Assembly (NCBI GenBank): GCA_027064945.1
Contig: JAMOPB010000418.1
Coordinates: 1-35,301 of the forward strand
DNA from: Candidatus Cloacimonadota bacterium
GTDB lineage: Bacteria > Cloacimonadota > Cloacimonadia > Cloacimonadales > TCS61
Direction: 5' to 3'
DNA length: 35,301 bases
Shown here: piece after piece, positions 17,759 to 27,146 of the stretch
How positions within the stretch are numbered: position 1 is the stretch's first letter
Layout: every line of letters begins with the position of its first letter
Notes under the pieces: generated by a model
What the model was told of the DNA's origin: nothing
Seen by the model: the letters and a program-made list of their open reading frames with translations, nothing else
Databases searched by the model: none
Program-made: the position numbers and the translations under genes

Positions 17759-20110
17759 ATGAAAACTTTAATTATGTCATTTTTACTCTGCTCAATTACT
17801 TTTGCTTTTGCAGTAAATCTTTCCGTCGAATTACCGGAAGTTTATGAAAATAACTCCGAACTGATTTTACGAGTGGATGAAGGATTTAATGATATAGAAA
17901 AAGCAACTTTATATTTCAGAGCAGATGATGAAGAAAGCTATATTTCATTGGATATGCAAAAAGGATTAGTTTCAGAACCAATATACACTGTTTCAATTCC
18001 GTCAAATTACTCATTTGATTCTGCAGTTGAATTGTATTTTGAAGCATTAACAGAAAATGGACAGAAAATTACATATCCACAAATAAATCCTCAATTAAAT
18101 CCGCTTAGATTAATAGTGGCAAATTCTGATACAATCTCTGAGAGTATTATTTTGCTTTCACCGGATGTGAATTTTCCAATCAACGCTGAAGAATTGATTA
18201 TTGCATTTTCCTATTTTTCTATTCAAAACGATATTAAAGCTAATTCAATAAAAATATTTTTTGATGGGAAAGATTATTCCTCTAAAGCAAAAATAACAAA
18301 AAATATGGCTATATTAAAGCTTCCAACTCCTAAAGCGGGAAAGCATACATTTAAAATGAAAGCAGAATCTGTAATGGGAAATAAGATTAGTTCAAAAGAT
18401 TTTTCCTTTGATCAAAACAAATCTGCAAAAATCATTCCTTTCAATATCGACGGAAGTTTATCTGCTTACGGAAAATACGAATCAAATTCAGAAACAGATA
18501 ATTATAATGATGCAAATATGCGTTTGATTCTAAATGTAAGGAAAAACTGGTTCAGGTTGAAATCAAAAACTTTTCTCACAAGCTTGGAAGATTCTAAGAA
18601 ACAACCTTTAAATAGGTTTAGTTTGGATATTGATGTACCTCATTTTGGAGTTAAAATTGGTGATTTCTCTCCAGATTTCGGTTCATTTGCAATAAATTCT
18701 GTAAATGTAAGAGGTGTTTTTTCTGAATTAAATTTTAAACTTTTCCGATTACAAGCACTGTATGGAGATAGCAAAAGAGCTATTCCCGGTAAACTTTATA
18801 CCACAAATAATTCCGAGACGGTGAATGGTGATTTATATGTAAATAATGATATAGCTTTTGCCAGGGAAACTACCGGAATTAAGATGGAGTTTGGTCACGA
18901 AAGATATTTTAATTATGGCTTGAGTTTTGTTAAAAATAAAGATAGAGTTTCCTCTTTGGATGAGGAGCAATATTTTGCACCGGATTCTACACTTTTGGTT
19001 CGTCCGAAAGATAATATTGTCATTGCAACAGATACAAGATTTGCTTTCAAAGACCAACGCATTGTTTTTGGTGCTGAAGCTGCAATGAGCTTGTATAATT
19101 CCAATATAATAGATGGTGCAATTTCTCAAGATTCTCTGGAAACTTTGGTAGGACAAGAAATTCCTATTGATCCTGAAGATTTGGAAGGTTTCTTTGTGGT
19201 AAATTCGAATATTGAACCTTTTGAACCGGGATTATCCAATCTATCCTACAAAGCATATATGAGAGTTTTCCTCTTAAGAAATTTGTTTAATATTAGTTAT
19301 TCATATGTTGGAAGTAGTTTTAATAATCTTTCAGTAGGGTATTTGGCAAAGGATTTGGCTACAATTTCAATTAGTGATAATATCGCATTATTCAACAATC
19401 GTTTTCTTTTGAATATTTCTTATAATATGAACAACAATAATCTATCGGATGATAAAGAATTTACTACAAACAACAATACTTTTTATGCTCAAGTTTATGT
19501 TCGCCCCACAAATGATTCTTTTTTTAATTTTAGTTATAATATCAATAATACCGATAATAGTTCTGATACATTTGAGACCAGAACATCGGTTTATTCAATA
19601 GGAATGGGCTATAATGTGAAACAGATAGATTATGCACCAACAAAGTTTAGTGTAAATTTCTCAAATTCTGTAAACGAAGATTTATTGGGGAATACTTACG
19701 ATTTTCAGAAAAATGTGATTACAATTTCTGCCAATAGTAAATATCGAGATTTTCCGCTAAAATCTAAAATTGGTTATTCTGTAGCATTGGATGAAAACAA
19801 GCGAGTTTCTTTTGATGATTCATATTGTGAAATTGAAGAGTTGGATGATAGTAGCTATCATTCTGTTTTTGTTAATACAAGTTATTTGTTTAATGAGAAA
19901 ATTGAACCGATTGCAAAATTTAGATTCTCAGTTTCATCAGGAGATTTTGAATATTCTTCTCAAAATGTAAATATTGGCACAAAATATAAATTTGATAGGA
20001 AAACGGATTTATATGCCGGATTAGGCTTTGCGAATTATAATTATCCTAATTTGGATGAGAATGATAATAGCGAATTAGAGCTTTCAATTAACTTAAAAAG
20101 AAGATTCTAA
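17759..20110 (+). CDS. Large outer-membrane protein: N-terminal Ig-like domains plus a C-terminal beta-barrel
   Basis: GGAGG ribosome-binding site, signal peptide ending AFA, Ig-like segments (TLYFRA...YTVSIP...LYFEA; IFFDGK...GKHTFKMKA), alternating aromatic amphipathic strands after about residue 230, terminal strand LSINLKRRF ending in Phe. Confidence 0.75.
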   Translation: MKTLIMSFLLCSITFAFAVNLSVELPEVYENNSELILRVDEGFNDIEKATLYFRADDEESYISLDMQKGLVSEPIYTVSIPSNYSFDSAVELYFEALTENGQKITYPQINPQLNPLRLIVANSDTISESIILLSPDVNFPINAEELIIAFSYFSIQNDIKANSIKIFFDGKDYSSKAKITKNMAILKLPTPKAGKHTFKMKAESVMGNKISSKDFSFDQNKSAKIIPFNIDGSLSAYGKYESNSETDNYNDANMRLILNVRKNWFRLKSKTFLTSLEDSKKQPLNRFSLDIDVPHFGVKIGDFSPDFGSFAINSVNVRGVFSELNFKLFRLQALYGDSKRAIPGKLYTTNNSETVNGDLYVNNDIAFARETTGIKMEFGHERYFNYGLSFVKNKDRVSSLDEEQYFAPDSTLLVRPKDNIVIATDTRFAFKDQRIVFGAEAAMSLYNSNIIDGAISQDSLETLVGQEIPIDPEDLEGFFVVNSNIEPFEPGLSNLSYKAYMRVFLLRNLFNISYSYVGSSFNNLSVGYLAKDLATISISDNIALFNNRFLLNISYNMNNNNLSDDKEFTTNNNTFYAQVYVRPTNDSFFNFSYNINNTDNSSDTFETRTSVYSIGMGYNVKQIDYAPTKFSVNFSNSVNEDLLGNTYDFQKNVITISANSKYRDFPLKSKIGYSVALDENKRVSFDDSYCEIEELDDSSYHSVFVNTSYLFNEKIEPIAKFRFSVSSGDFEYSSQNVNIGTKYKFDRKTDLYAGLGFANYNYPNLDENDNSELELSINLKRRF

Positions 20111-20128
20111 CCTAAAAAAAACGTACTT

Positions 20129-20160
20129 ATAGGAAGGGCGAAATTTGGTCCTTCCTATTT
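20129..20160 (+). terminator. Stem-loop between the barrel gene and the cyclase gene (weak terminator or stabiliser)
   Basis: ATAGGAAGGGC-GAAATTTG-GTCCTTCCTAT followed by only a short T run. Confidence 0.6.
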
Positions 20161-20178
20161 AGTATTAGGAAAAAATAA

Positions 20179-22041
20179 ATGAAAAGAATTAAATACTTTA
20201 TACCTGCAATCATTTTTGTTATTTTACAGTTGATTTTTGTTAGTAATTATTGGACAGGTCTGGAATTAAAAGCCAAAGATTTGCTTTTTCAGATTCGGGG
20301 AGAAATAAAAACTTCAGGCAATGTTGTAATTGTAAATATTGGCGATGACACTTTTAATTCACTGGGAATTCAATGGCCTTTTCCAAGGGAATATCATGCA
20401 CGAGTAATAGATAATCTTGAGCGAGCAGGTGCTGCAAAAATTATTTTTGATATAGAATTTGTTGAAGAATCAAATGCAAAATCAGATTCTATCTTAGCAT
20501 CCACAATAGCCAAATATGATAATATCACTTTAGCCGGAAAAGTAATAACTCAGATTACGGGAAAAACAAAAAAAACTCAAGTTTTAGCACCAATATCTAG
20601 TTTGCTTAGAGCAAATGCAAACTGGGGAACGGTAAACATCTCAGCTGATAACGATGGTTTTGTTAGGGAATATGAATTATTTCAAAAGATTGGGAAAACA
20701 AATAAATATTCTTTAGGAGCAATTGCAGTAGCTAGTTTCAAAAATAGAGATAACTACTTGGAAGATATTATTAATGGAGAAAAATATCTACAAATTTCCG
20801 ATTATCTAATTCCTAAAAAAAGAAACAAGACAGCGCTGATAAATTATTACGGACCAGCTAGAACATTTCCTTACTACGAATATGCGGATGTTTTAGATTC
20901 AGAGGATTTTGATATACCTTTTTTAGATTTAGATTCTTTTAATGATTTAATGAATAAAGGAGTTTTTAAAGATAAAATCGTTATAGTTGGTGTCTCTGCC
21001 GTCGAATTTCACGATTCACATCCCACTCCTTTCTTTTCAGAAAATAGAGCACTAACTCCCGGAGTAGAAATTCATGCTACTTTTATAGATAACGTTTTAA
21101 TGAGAGAACACTTATCGGAATTTCCTTATATCAAGTTAATATTTATTTTTCTATTTCTAACTTTTATTCTCTTTTTGATTAACATAAATATCAGACCAAC
21201 AATCTCAATTATTTATAATTCATTATTATTTTTTTCTTACTTTGGCGTTGTGTTTTATTTATTTAATACGGAGAATATGTTATTGCCGGTTTTGGAAATT
21301 CCCGCAACAATTATAGTAGTGTATGTTATAGGATTAGTTTTCCAATATATTAAATCTACTAAAGAGAAATTTTTTATAAAAAAAGCTTTCGGTAGATATA
21401 TTGCACCATCTTTGGTGGAAGAATTGATAAAAGATCCCAAAAAATTAGAATATGGTGGAAGCCTTAAAAATATTTCTGTATTATATTCTGATATTGTATC
21501 TTTCACATCCTATACCGAAACGCATTCACCTAAAGAAACAGTAGAATTGTTGCGAGAATATCTTACTGCAATGGTAGAAGTTGTTAAAGATAATAAAGGA
21601 ACATTAGATAAATTTGTGGGTGATGAAATTGTAGCCCTTTTCGGAGCTCCGGTAGAATTGGAAGATCATGCATATTGGGCGGCAAAAACTGCTTTGGAAA
21701 TGCGTTATAAGATGCAAGAATTACAAGAAAAATGGAAAAAAAATAATCGAGATCCATTCGAAATAGGAATTGGCATAAACTCCGGAGAAGTAACTGTGGG
21801 AAACCTTGGCTCTGAACAAATCTTTGATTACACTGCTATCGGAGATAATATGAATGCCGGAGCTAGAATTGAAGCTTTAACAAGAAATTATAAAACGGAG
21901 AATAATATTTTAATTAGCGAAAGTACCAAAATTCTGATTGAAGATAAATTTGAAGTGGAATATGTAGATGATGCAATGGTAAAAGGTAAGAGTAAGCCGA
22001 TAAAAGTTTATCAATTGCTTGCCATGAAAACACCAAACTAA
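20179..22041 (+). CDS. CHASE2-domain membrane adenylate cyclase (class III)
   Basis: CHASE2 motifs (VVIVNIGD, WPFPR, IFDIEF, DNDGFVR, INYYG, KDKIVIVG, PGVEIHA), three TM helices, cyclase motifs SDIVSFT, DKFVGD, GIGINSG, YTAIGDNMNAGARIE, VKGK. The Lys/Thr specificity pair indicates ATP as substrate. Confidence 0.95.
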   Translation: MKRIKYFIPAIIFVILQLIFVSNYWTGLELKAKDLLFQIRGEIKTSGNVVIVNIGDDTFNSLGIQWPFPREYHARVIDNLERAGAAKIIFDIEFVEESNAKSDSILASTIAKYDNITLAGKVITQITGKTKKTQVLAPISSLLRANANWGTVNISADNDGFVREYELFQKIGKTNKYSLGAIAVASFKNRDNYLEDIINGEKYLQISDYLIPKKRNKTALINYYGPARTFPYYEYADVLDSEDFDIPFLDLDSFNDLMNKGVFKDKIVIVGVSAVEFHDSHPTPFFSENRALTPGVEIHATFIDNVLMREHLSEFPYIKLIFIFLFLTFILFLININIRPTISIIYNSLLFFSYFGVVFYLFNTENMLLPVLEIPATIIVVYVIGLVFQYIKSTKEKFFIKKAFGRYIAPSLVEELIKDPKKLEYGGSLKNISVLYSDIVSFTSYTETHSPKETVELLREYLTAMVEVVKDNKGTLDKFVGDEIVALFGAPVELEDHAYWAAKTALEMRYKMQELQEKWKKNNRDPFEIGIGINSGEVTVGNLGSEQIFDYTAIGDNMNAGARIEALTRNYKTENNILISESTKILIEDKFEVEYVDDAMVKGKSKPIKVYQLLAMKTPN

Positions 22042-22072
22042 GAAAAGGTATTTTAAAAAAAATGGATTAGTG

Positions 22073-22588
22073 ATGAAAAAAATTGTTTTAATTATTTTGT
22101 TTTTAACAAGCATATTTCTATGGGGTCAAGATAGATTTGTTTTGGCCGGAGGATATGGCACGGCGGATGTAGATTCTTTTGAGCACGAAATATATACTTT
22201 TCGCTTAGCAGGTAAAAATCAATCTACCTTTATTGGAATTGATTATGATTTACTTATATATGAAGATGATTTTATTGAATCAGAATATTCGGAAAAATTA
22301 ACAAACAGCAACATTCATGAAATCAGTTTCTTATTTGGAAAATCAATGCCATTTGGCAGATATTCTAGTGTGAATTTTAATGGTGGGATATCAGTTATTA
22401 GGAAACTTGAGAAATTTGAACAATCAAATTTACCGGAAAAAAAAAGAAAAGATTTTGGATTTCCAATTGATGCAACAATAGATATTGGTATTTTAAAAAA
22501 CTTGGGAGTAAGTTTCAGAGCTAAGAAAAGTTACAATGATATTGCACCATATTTTGGATATTCTGCAATGTTGCAATTCATTTTTTAA
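22073..22588 (+). CDS. Small outer-membrane beta-barrel protein (hypothetical)
   Basis: Signal peptide, about 8 amphipathic strands, C-terminal YSAMLQFIF. GTG 22070 is an alternative start. Confidence 0.65.
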   Translation: MKKIVLIILFLTSIFLWGQDRFVLAGGYGTADVDSFEHEIYTFRLAGKNQSTFIGIDYDLLIYEDDFIESEYSEKLTNSNIHEISFLFGKSMPFGRYSSVNFNGGISVIRKLEKFEQSNLPEKKRKDFGFPIDATIDIGILKNLGVSFRAKKSYNDIAPYFGYSAMLQFIF

Positions 22589-22816
22589 ACTAAATTATTA
22601 CAAAAGGTAAATGATTTCAATAATAAAATAAAAGATGTAAGATGTTCTTATAAATAAATTTAGATAGGGCGATAAGCAAATGATAGCAATGGAAGAATGC
22701 TTGTAACTACTTGTTTTATAATGAGATAGCTTGTGATGGTTGAGCGATTATTTAAGATTCAAAATTTGTAAAATTCATCAAAACCCTTTTATGAAGCGAC
22801 TTTACAGTTTTTTTTA

Positions 22817-22845
22817 TTGACAGGATTTTAACTCATACATAAATT
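22817..22845 (+). promoter_or_regulatory. Putative sigma70 promoter of hup
   Basis: TTGACA (22817-22822), 17 nt, TAAATT (22840-22845). AGGAGG precedes ATG 22889. Confidence 0.65.
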
Positions 22846-22888
22846 CCGATTGTTTTGATGCACATGAAAAAAAAATAGGAGGAAATTC

Positions 22889-23161
22889 ATGAACAGACAA
22901 GATTTAATTAGTAAAATTGCCCAAGATGCAGACATTACTAAAAAGGCTGCTAATTTAGCGCTAACTTCCATTATCGAAGGTATTACAACTTCACTTGAAA
23001 AAGGAGACAAAGTTTCTTTAGTAGGTTTTGGAACTTTCAAAGTTACAGAGAGAAAAGAACGTACCGGTGTAAATCCTCGTTCAAAAACAAAAATTATAAT
23101 TCCTGCAAGAAAAGTTCCTGTTTTCAAAGCTGGTAAGAAATTGAAAGAAGCAGTTAAATAA
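22889..23161 (+). CDS. hup: DNA-binding protein HU
   Basis: MNRQDLISKIA, GDKVSLVGFGTF, RTGVNPRS, IPARKVPVFKAGKKLKEAV. Confidence 0.96.
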   Translation: MNRQDLISKIAQDADITKKAANLALTSIIEGITTSLEKGDKVSLVGFGTFKVTERKERTGVNPRSKTKIIIPARKVPVFKAGKKLKEAVK

Positions 23162-23178
23162 TTTATATTTAGCTTGTT

Positions 23179-23213
23179 AAGAAGCAAGGGTTATTTTGCT
23201 CTTGCTTCTTTTT
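23179..23213 (+). terminator. Rho-independent terminator after hup
   Basis: AAGAAGCAAGGGT-TATTTT-GCTCTTGCTTCTT followed by TTT. Confidence 0.8.
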
Positions 23214-23248
23214 ATTAAATTAATTAGAGACATTAAGGATATTGGATT

Positions 23249-24379
23249 ATGAAATTTTCGATTGAGAAAAAAGACTTACAAGTTAATATTCAGCATTTAT
23301 ATAATATTGTTCCAAACAAGAACACAATGCCAATATTGACTAATTATCTAATTGAAGCAGATGAACAATCTGGCAAAATGAGATTTACTGCAACAGATTT
23401 AGAAATTACTGTTGTTGTAGAGTTTGAAGCAAATATATCAGAATCAGGTAAAATTGCTGTATCTGCTAGAAATTTTAATGAGATTATTAATTCGTTACCT
23501 GGTTCAATTATTCATTTTATGGTTGATGAAGAGATATTAAAAATTCATTGTGAGAAATCTAGGTTTAATCTTCTTTGCGCCGAGAGTAGTCAATTCCCAT
23601 TAATTCCTCAACGTGACTTGTCCAATGCTTTGGAAATAGATGCAAAGTTGTTTAAAAAGATGGTGGAAAATACATCGTTTGCTGTTTCAACAGAAACAAA
23701 CAGACCAATTTTCACAGGTATTTTGTGGAAATTGTTTCCTGAAGAGCAATTGATGGTTGCTACCGATGGTAAAAAAATTGCTGAATTTACCTACAAAAAA
23801 AATATTAATCTTCAGCAAGAAATTGAACAAATTATTCCAACAAAAGGTTTATTATTTTTAGACAAAGTTATAAATGATGATATCGATGAAGTTGCAGTGA
23901 TCTTAGAATCTAACAGAGTGATGTTTGCTTATGGGAATTATACAATATTTAGTCATATTATTGATGGCAAATTTCCCGATTATACTAAAGCAATTCCGTT
24001 GAATAATAACAATATTTTAAAGATAAGAAAATCAATATTGAAAGATGCAGTTAAGCGCGTTTCATTGCTCGCTTCTGAAGATACTTTTAAAGTTAAGTTA
24101 GATTTAACTGAAAACGTTTTATCTGTTGATTCTGCCAATAGAGAAGAAGGTGATGCTTCAGAAAAAATTGAAGATTTTAGCTATACGGGTGAACCTTTAG
24201 TTATTGCATTCAATTATAGATATCTTAGCCAAATATTGAATGTAATTGAAACTGACCAGGTAGAAATTAGAATGGGTAAATCAAATGAGCCTGTACTATT
24301 TTTTAATGTACCTGCAGAAACCGAAGATGGCGAAAGTGGTTTAGCCAGATTCTTATTGATGCCTTTACGGTTAAAATAA
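23249..24379 (+). CDS. dnaN: DNA polymerase III beta sliding clamp
   Basis: MPILTN, ATDLE, FAVS...RPIFTG, VATDG, IIPTK, DGKFPDY, IAFNYRYL, LLMPLR. Confidence 0.96.
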   Translation: MKFSIEKKDLQVNIQHLYNIVPNKNTMPILTNYLIEADEQSGKMRFTATDLEITVVVEFEANISESGKIAVSARNFNEIINSLPGSIIHFMVDEEILKIHCEKSRFNLLCAESSQFPLIPQRDLSNALEIDAKLFKKMVENTSFAVSTETNRPIFTGILWKLFPEEQLMVATDGKKIAEFTYKKNINLQQEIEQIIPTKGLLFLDKVINDDIDEVAVILESNRVMFAYGNYTIFSHIIDGKFPDYTKAIPLNNNNILKIRKSILKDAVKRVSLLASEDTFKVKLDLTENVLSVDSANREEGDASEKIEDFSYTGEPLVIAFNYRYLSQILNVIETDQVEIRMGKSNEPVLFFNVPAETEDGESGLARFLLMPLRLK

Positions 24380-25456
24380 TTGAGAGTTAAACATTTATCA
24401 ATACAGAATTTTCGGAACATATTAAAGTTCAATAAAAAATTTGAACCTGCCGGTGCTATTATATTTGGAAAAAATGGTACCGGCAAAACTAATTTGTTAG
24501 AAGCAATTAGTTATTGTGCTTTTGGAAAATCTATAAGGTCTGCTTCTGATAGTGATCTTGTAAGTTTTTCAAAAGCATTTTTTCGTTTGGAATCTACTTT
24601 CGAAATTCAAGGAAATAAGATCGAAATCGATGCAGCATTTGATAATAAAAGAAAACTTATAAAACTAGATGATTGCAAGATTGATAAAATTAGTGAGTTG
24701 TATAAATATGCCAAAGTAGTTTATTTTTCACCGGAAGATATTGAACTGGTTAGTGGTGGTCCTTCATACAGACGGAAATTCATTGATTTAGCAATTTCTC
24801 AAACTTCCTATAAGTATTTGGATAGTCTAAGAACTTATAATCGAATTTTAAAACAAAGAAATGCACTTTTGAAAACTGATTTTTCCTTCAAAGAAAAAAA
24901 AATTTGGGATGAGCGTTTAGCAAAAGTAGCAGGAGAAATAATTGAAGATAGATTGGAATATCTAGAAGCATTTATCCCTCAACTTTGTGATAAATATTTT
25001 TTTGTTAGCGGAAAGGAAGAATCGCTTTCAATTGAGTATAAATTTAGTTTCCCAAGAAATGAGTTATTAGATTTTTCCCAAAATATTAAAGAGCATTTGG
25101 AAGAAATAGAAAATAATGAAATCAGAATGCAAAGAACTTTAGTTGGACCGCATCTGGACGATATTGAATTTTCGATAAAAGGGAAACCGGCTAGAAATTT
25201 TGGATCTCAAGGTCAAAAAAGGTCTTTGGCGATAACAGCTAGGTTAGTACAAGCATACATTATTAGAAAAAAAAATAATGATGCACCAATATTGATATTT
25301 GATGATGTGCTGGCAGACCTTGATAGAGTAAGAGCTCAAAAAATTATGGATGTTTTGGAAGATGATCATCAAATATTTATTGCAACACCAAATTTAGGAC
25401 TGTATGAAGATTTTGGATTGGAAACTATTAATCTGGAGAAATTGTTGAATGATTAG
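24380..25456 (+). CDS. recF: DNA replication/repair protein RecF
   Basis: NFRN, GKNGTGKTNLLEAI, GGPSYRRKFID, QRNALL, GPHLDD, GSQGQKR, DDVLADLD. TTG start immediately follows the dnaN stop. Confidence 0.95.
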   Translation: MRVKHLSIQNFRNILKFNKKFEPAGAIIFGKNGTGKTNLLEAISYCAFGKSIRSASDSDLVSFSKAFFRLESTFEIQGNKIEIDAAFDNKRKLIKLDDCKIDKISELYKYAKVVYFSPEDIELVSGGPSYRRKFIDLAISQTSYKYLDSLRTYNRILKQRNALLKTDFSFKEKKIWDERLAKVAGEIIEDRLEYLEAFIPQLCDKYFFVSGKEESLSIEYKFSFPRNELLDFSQNIKEHLEEIENNEIRMQRTLVGPHLDDIEFSIKGKPARNFGSQGQKRSLAITARLVQAYIIRKKNNDAPILIFDDVLADLDRVRAQKIMDVLEDDHQIFIATPNLGLYEDFGLETINLEKLLND

Positions 25457-26681
25457 CAAAAAAAGTGTTTTTGGTTGGTTGATGTATGATTTTGCCAATT
25501 CTGCCTTTACAACTGTAATTGTAACAGTTGTCTATAGCGTTTATTTTAGAAATGTTGTAGTCAATGATGGCGAATTAGGTACAGCATTATGGGGAAGGGC
25601 TGTAAGTATTTCGATGTTGCTTGTAGCAATAAGTGCTCCCATTTTAGGTGCTGTTGCAGATTATTCTCGTTCCAAAAAGAAATTTCTTTTTATTAATTGC
25701 TATCTGACAGTAATTTTCACAGCACTCTTATATTTCGTAAAAGCCGGTGATATAAAAACAGGAATGATCTTTTTTATTGTCGCAAATTATGGATTCAATA
25801 GCGGGAATGTTTTTTATAATGCACTGTTACCAGCAGTAACCACAAGAGAAAATATGGGAAAAATTTCCGGTTTAGGCTGGGGATTCGGTTATATTGGCGG
25901 TTTGCTTTCTTTGATAATAGTGTTGCCTTTTGTACATAATCATCAAACTCGTCTGGTGTTCCCATTAGTAGCACTGTTTTTTGGATTATTTGCTATATTT
26001 ACTTTTGTTTTGTTAAGAGAAGTTCATAAACCTTCAAAGCGTACAAATTATTTTAAAACAGCTTATCGTAGAATTATGCATACTGCTAGGAATATAAAAG
26101 ATTTTAAAGAATTGCTGAAATTTATTCTTAGTTATCTGATCTATAATGACGGAATAATCGTTGTAATTAGTTTTGGGGCTATTTACGGTTCAACACGATT
26201 TGGTATGACACAAAAAGAACTAATCATATATTTTATAATAGCAAATATCACTTCCATAATCGGTTCATTTAGTTTTGGATTTATTACAGATAAAATCGGT
26301 GCAAAAAAAACAATAAGTATTACTCTGTTTATCTGGATGGCAGTTGTTTTAGCAGCTTTTTTCAGTAAAACAATTACTCATTATTATTATGTAGGTGTGC
26401 TAGCCGGAATAGCTATCGGAGCAAGTCAATCCTCTAGTAGAACAATGTTGGCTTTACTTACTCCTGAAGCCAAAATGGGAGAGTTCTTCGGATTTTATTC
26501 TGTAACGGGGAAAATGGCTTCTGTACTTGGTCCTTTGATTTATGGCGAAGTTGCAAGAATTACAGGTGATCAAAAGTGGGCTATATTATCCGTGTTAATA
26601 TTTTTTATAGTAGGATTGCTTTTGCTAAATACTGTTGATGAAGCTAAAGGACGAAAAACAGCGGAAGCCTGGATTGAATAG
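25449..26681 (+). CDS. MFS transporter, UMF1/Atg22-like family
   Basis: WLMYDFANSAF, PILGAVAD, VFYNALLP, SGLGWGFGYIGG, YNDG, GEFFGFY, about 12 TM segments. Confidence 0.9.
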   Translation: MISKKSVFGWLMYDFANSAFTTVIVTVVYSVYFRNVVVNDGELGTALWGRAVSISMLLVAISAPILGAVADYSRSKKKFLFINCYLTVIFTALLYFVKAGDIKTGMIFFIVANYGFNSGNVFYNALLPAVTTRENMGKISGLGWGFGYIGGLLSLIIVLPFVHNHQTRLVFPLVALFFGLFAIFTFVLLREVHKPSKRTNYFKTAYRRIMHTARNIKDFKELLKFILSYLIYNDGIIVVISFGAIYGSTRFGMTQKELIIYFIIANITSIIGSFSFGFITDKIGAKKTISITLFIWMAVVLAAFFSKTITHYYYVGVLAGIAIGASQSSSRTMLALLTPEAKMGEFFGFYSVTGKMASVLGPLIYGEVARITGDQKWAILSVLIFFIVGLLLLNTVDEAKGRKTAEAWIE

Positions 26682-26783
26682 TTGTTAATTCTAAAAGTAA
26701 TTTAAAGCAAATCTATAATTTAAGTTTACAATTTACTTATTGGAAAAATTTTGGTTAAAACAAATTAAACGAGGTATTTAAAA

Positions 26784-27146
26784 ATGCAAAGATTAATGCT
26801 TTTATCAAAAATTCATAGAGCTACAGTTACAGAAAGAGATTTGAATTATGTAGGTAGTATTACAATAGATAAAAATCTTATCGAAGCATGTGGAATGTAT
26901 GTAAATGAAAAAGTTGATATTTATAATATCAGTAATGGTAATAGATTTTCTACCTATGTAATTGAAGGTGAAGCAGGCTCGGGAATAATCGGAGTCAATG
27001 GTGCAGCAGCACGTATGGTTAGTTTGGGAGACAAGGTAATTATATGTAATTATGGTAGAATGACAGAAGAAGAGATTGCTAAGCATGAGCCAACTGTGAT
27101 TGTAGTAGAAGATGATGAGAATTTGGAGTTCCATAAACATGTCTAA
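26784..27146 (+). CDS. panD: Aspartate 1-decarboxylase proenzyme
   Basis: SKIHRATVT, YVG-SITID self-cleavage site, NGNRFSTY, NGAAAR, GDKVII. Confidence 0.97.
   Translation: MQRLMLLSKIHRATVTERDLNYVGSITIDKNLIEACGMYVNEKVDIYNISNGNRFSTYVIEGEAGSGIIGVNGAAARMVSLGDKVIICNYGRMTEEEIAKHEPTVIVVEDDENLEFHKHV

Noticed and set aside
8697-22041. Enteric-style PTS control of the adenylate cyclase
   Set aside because: That mechanism needs EIIA-Glc and a class I cyclase. This cyclase is class III with CHASE2, in a separate transcription unit, and no EIIA is present.
22589-22888. Possible oriC in the 300-bp AT-rich gap upstream of hup-dnaN
   Set aside because: I found no TTATCCACA-like DnaA box cluster and no dnaA. 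The region is explained by the hup promoter.
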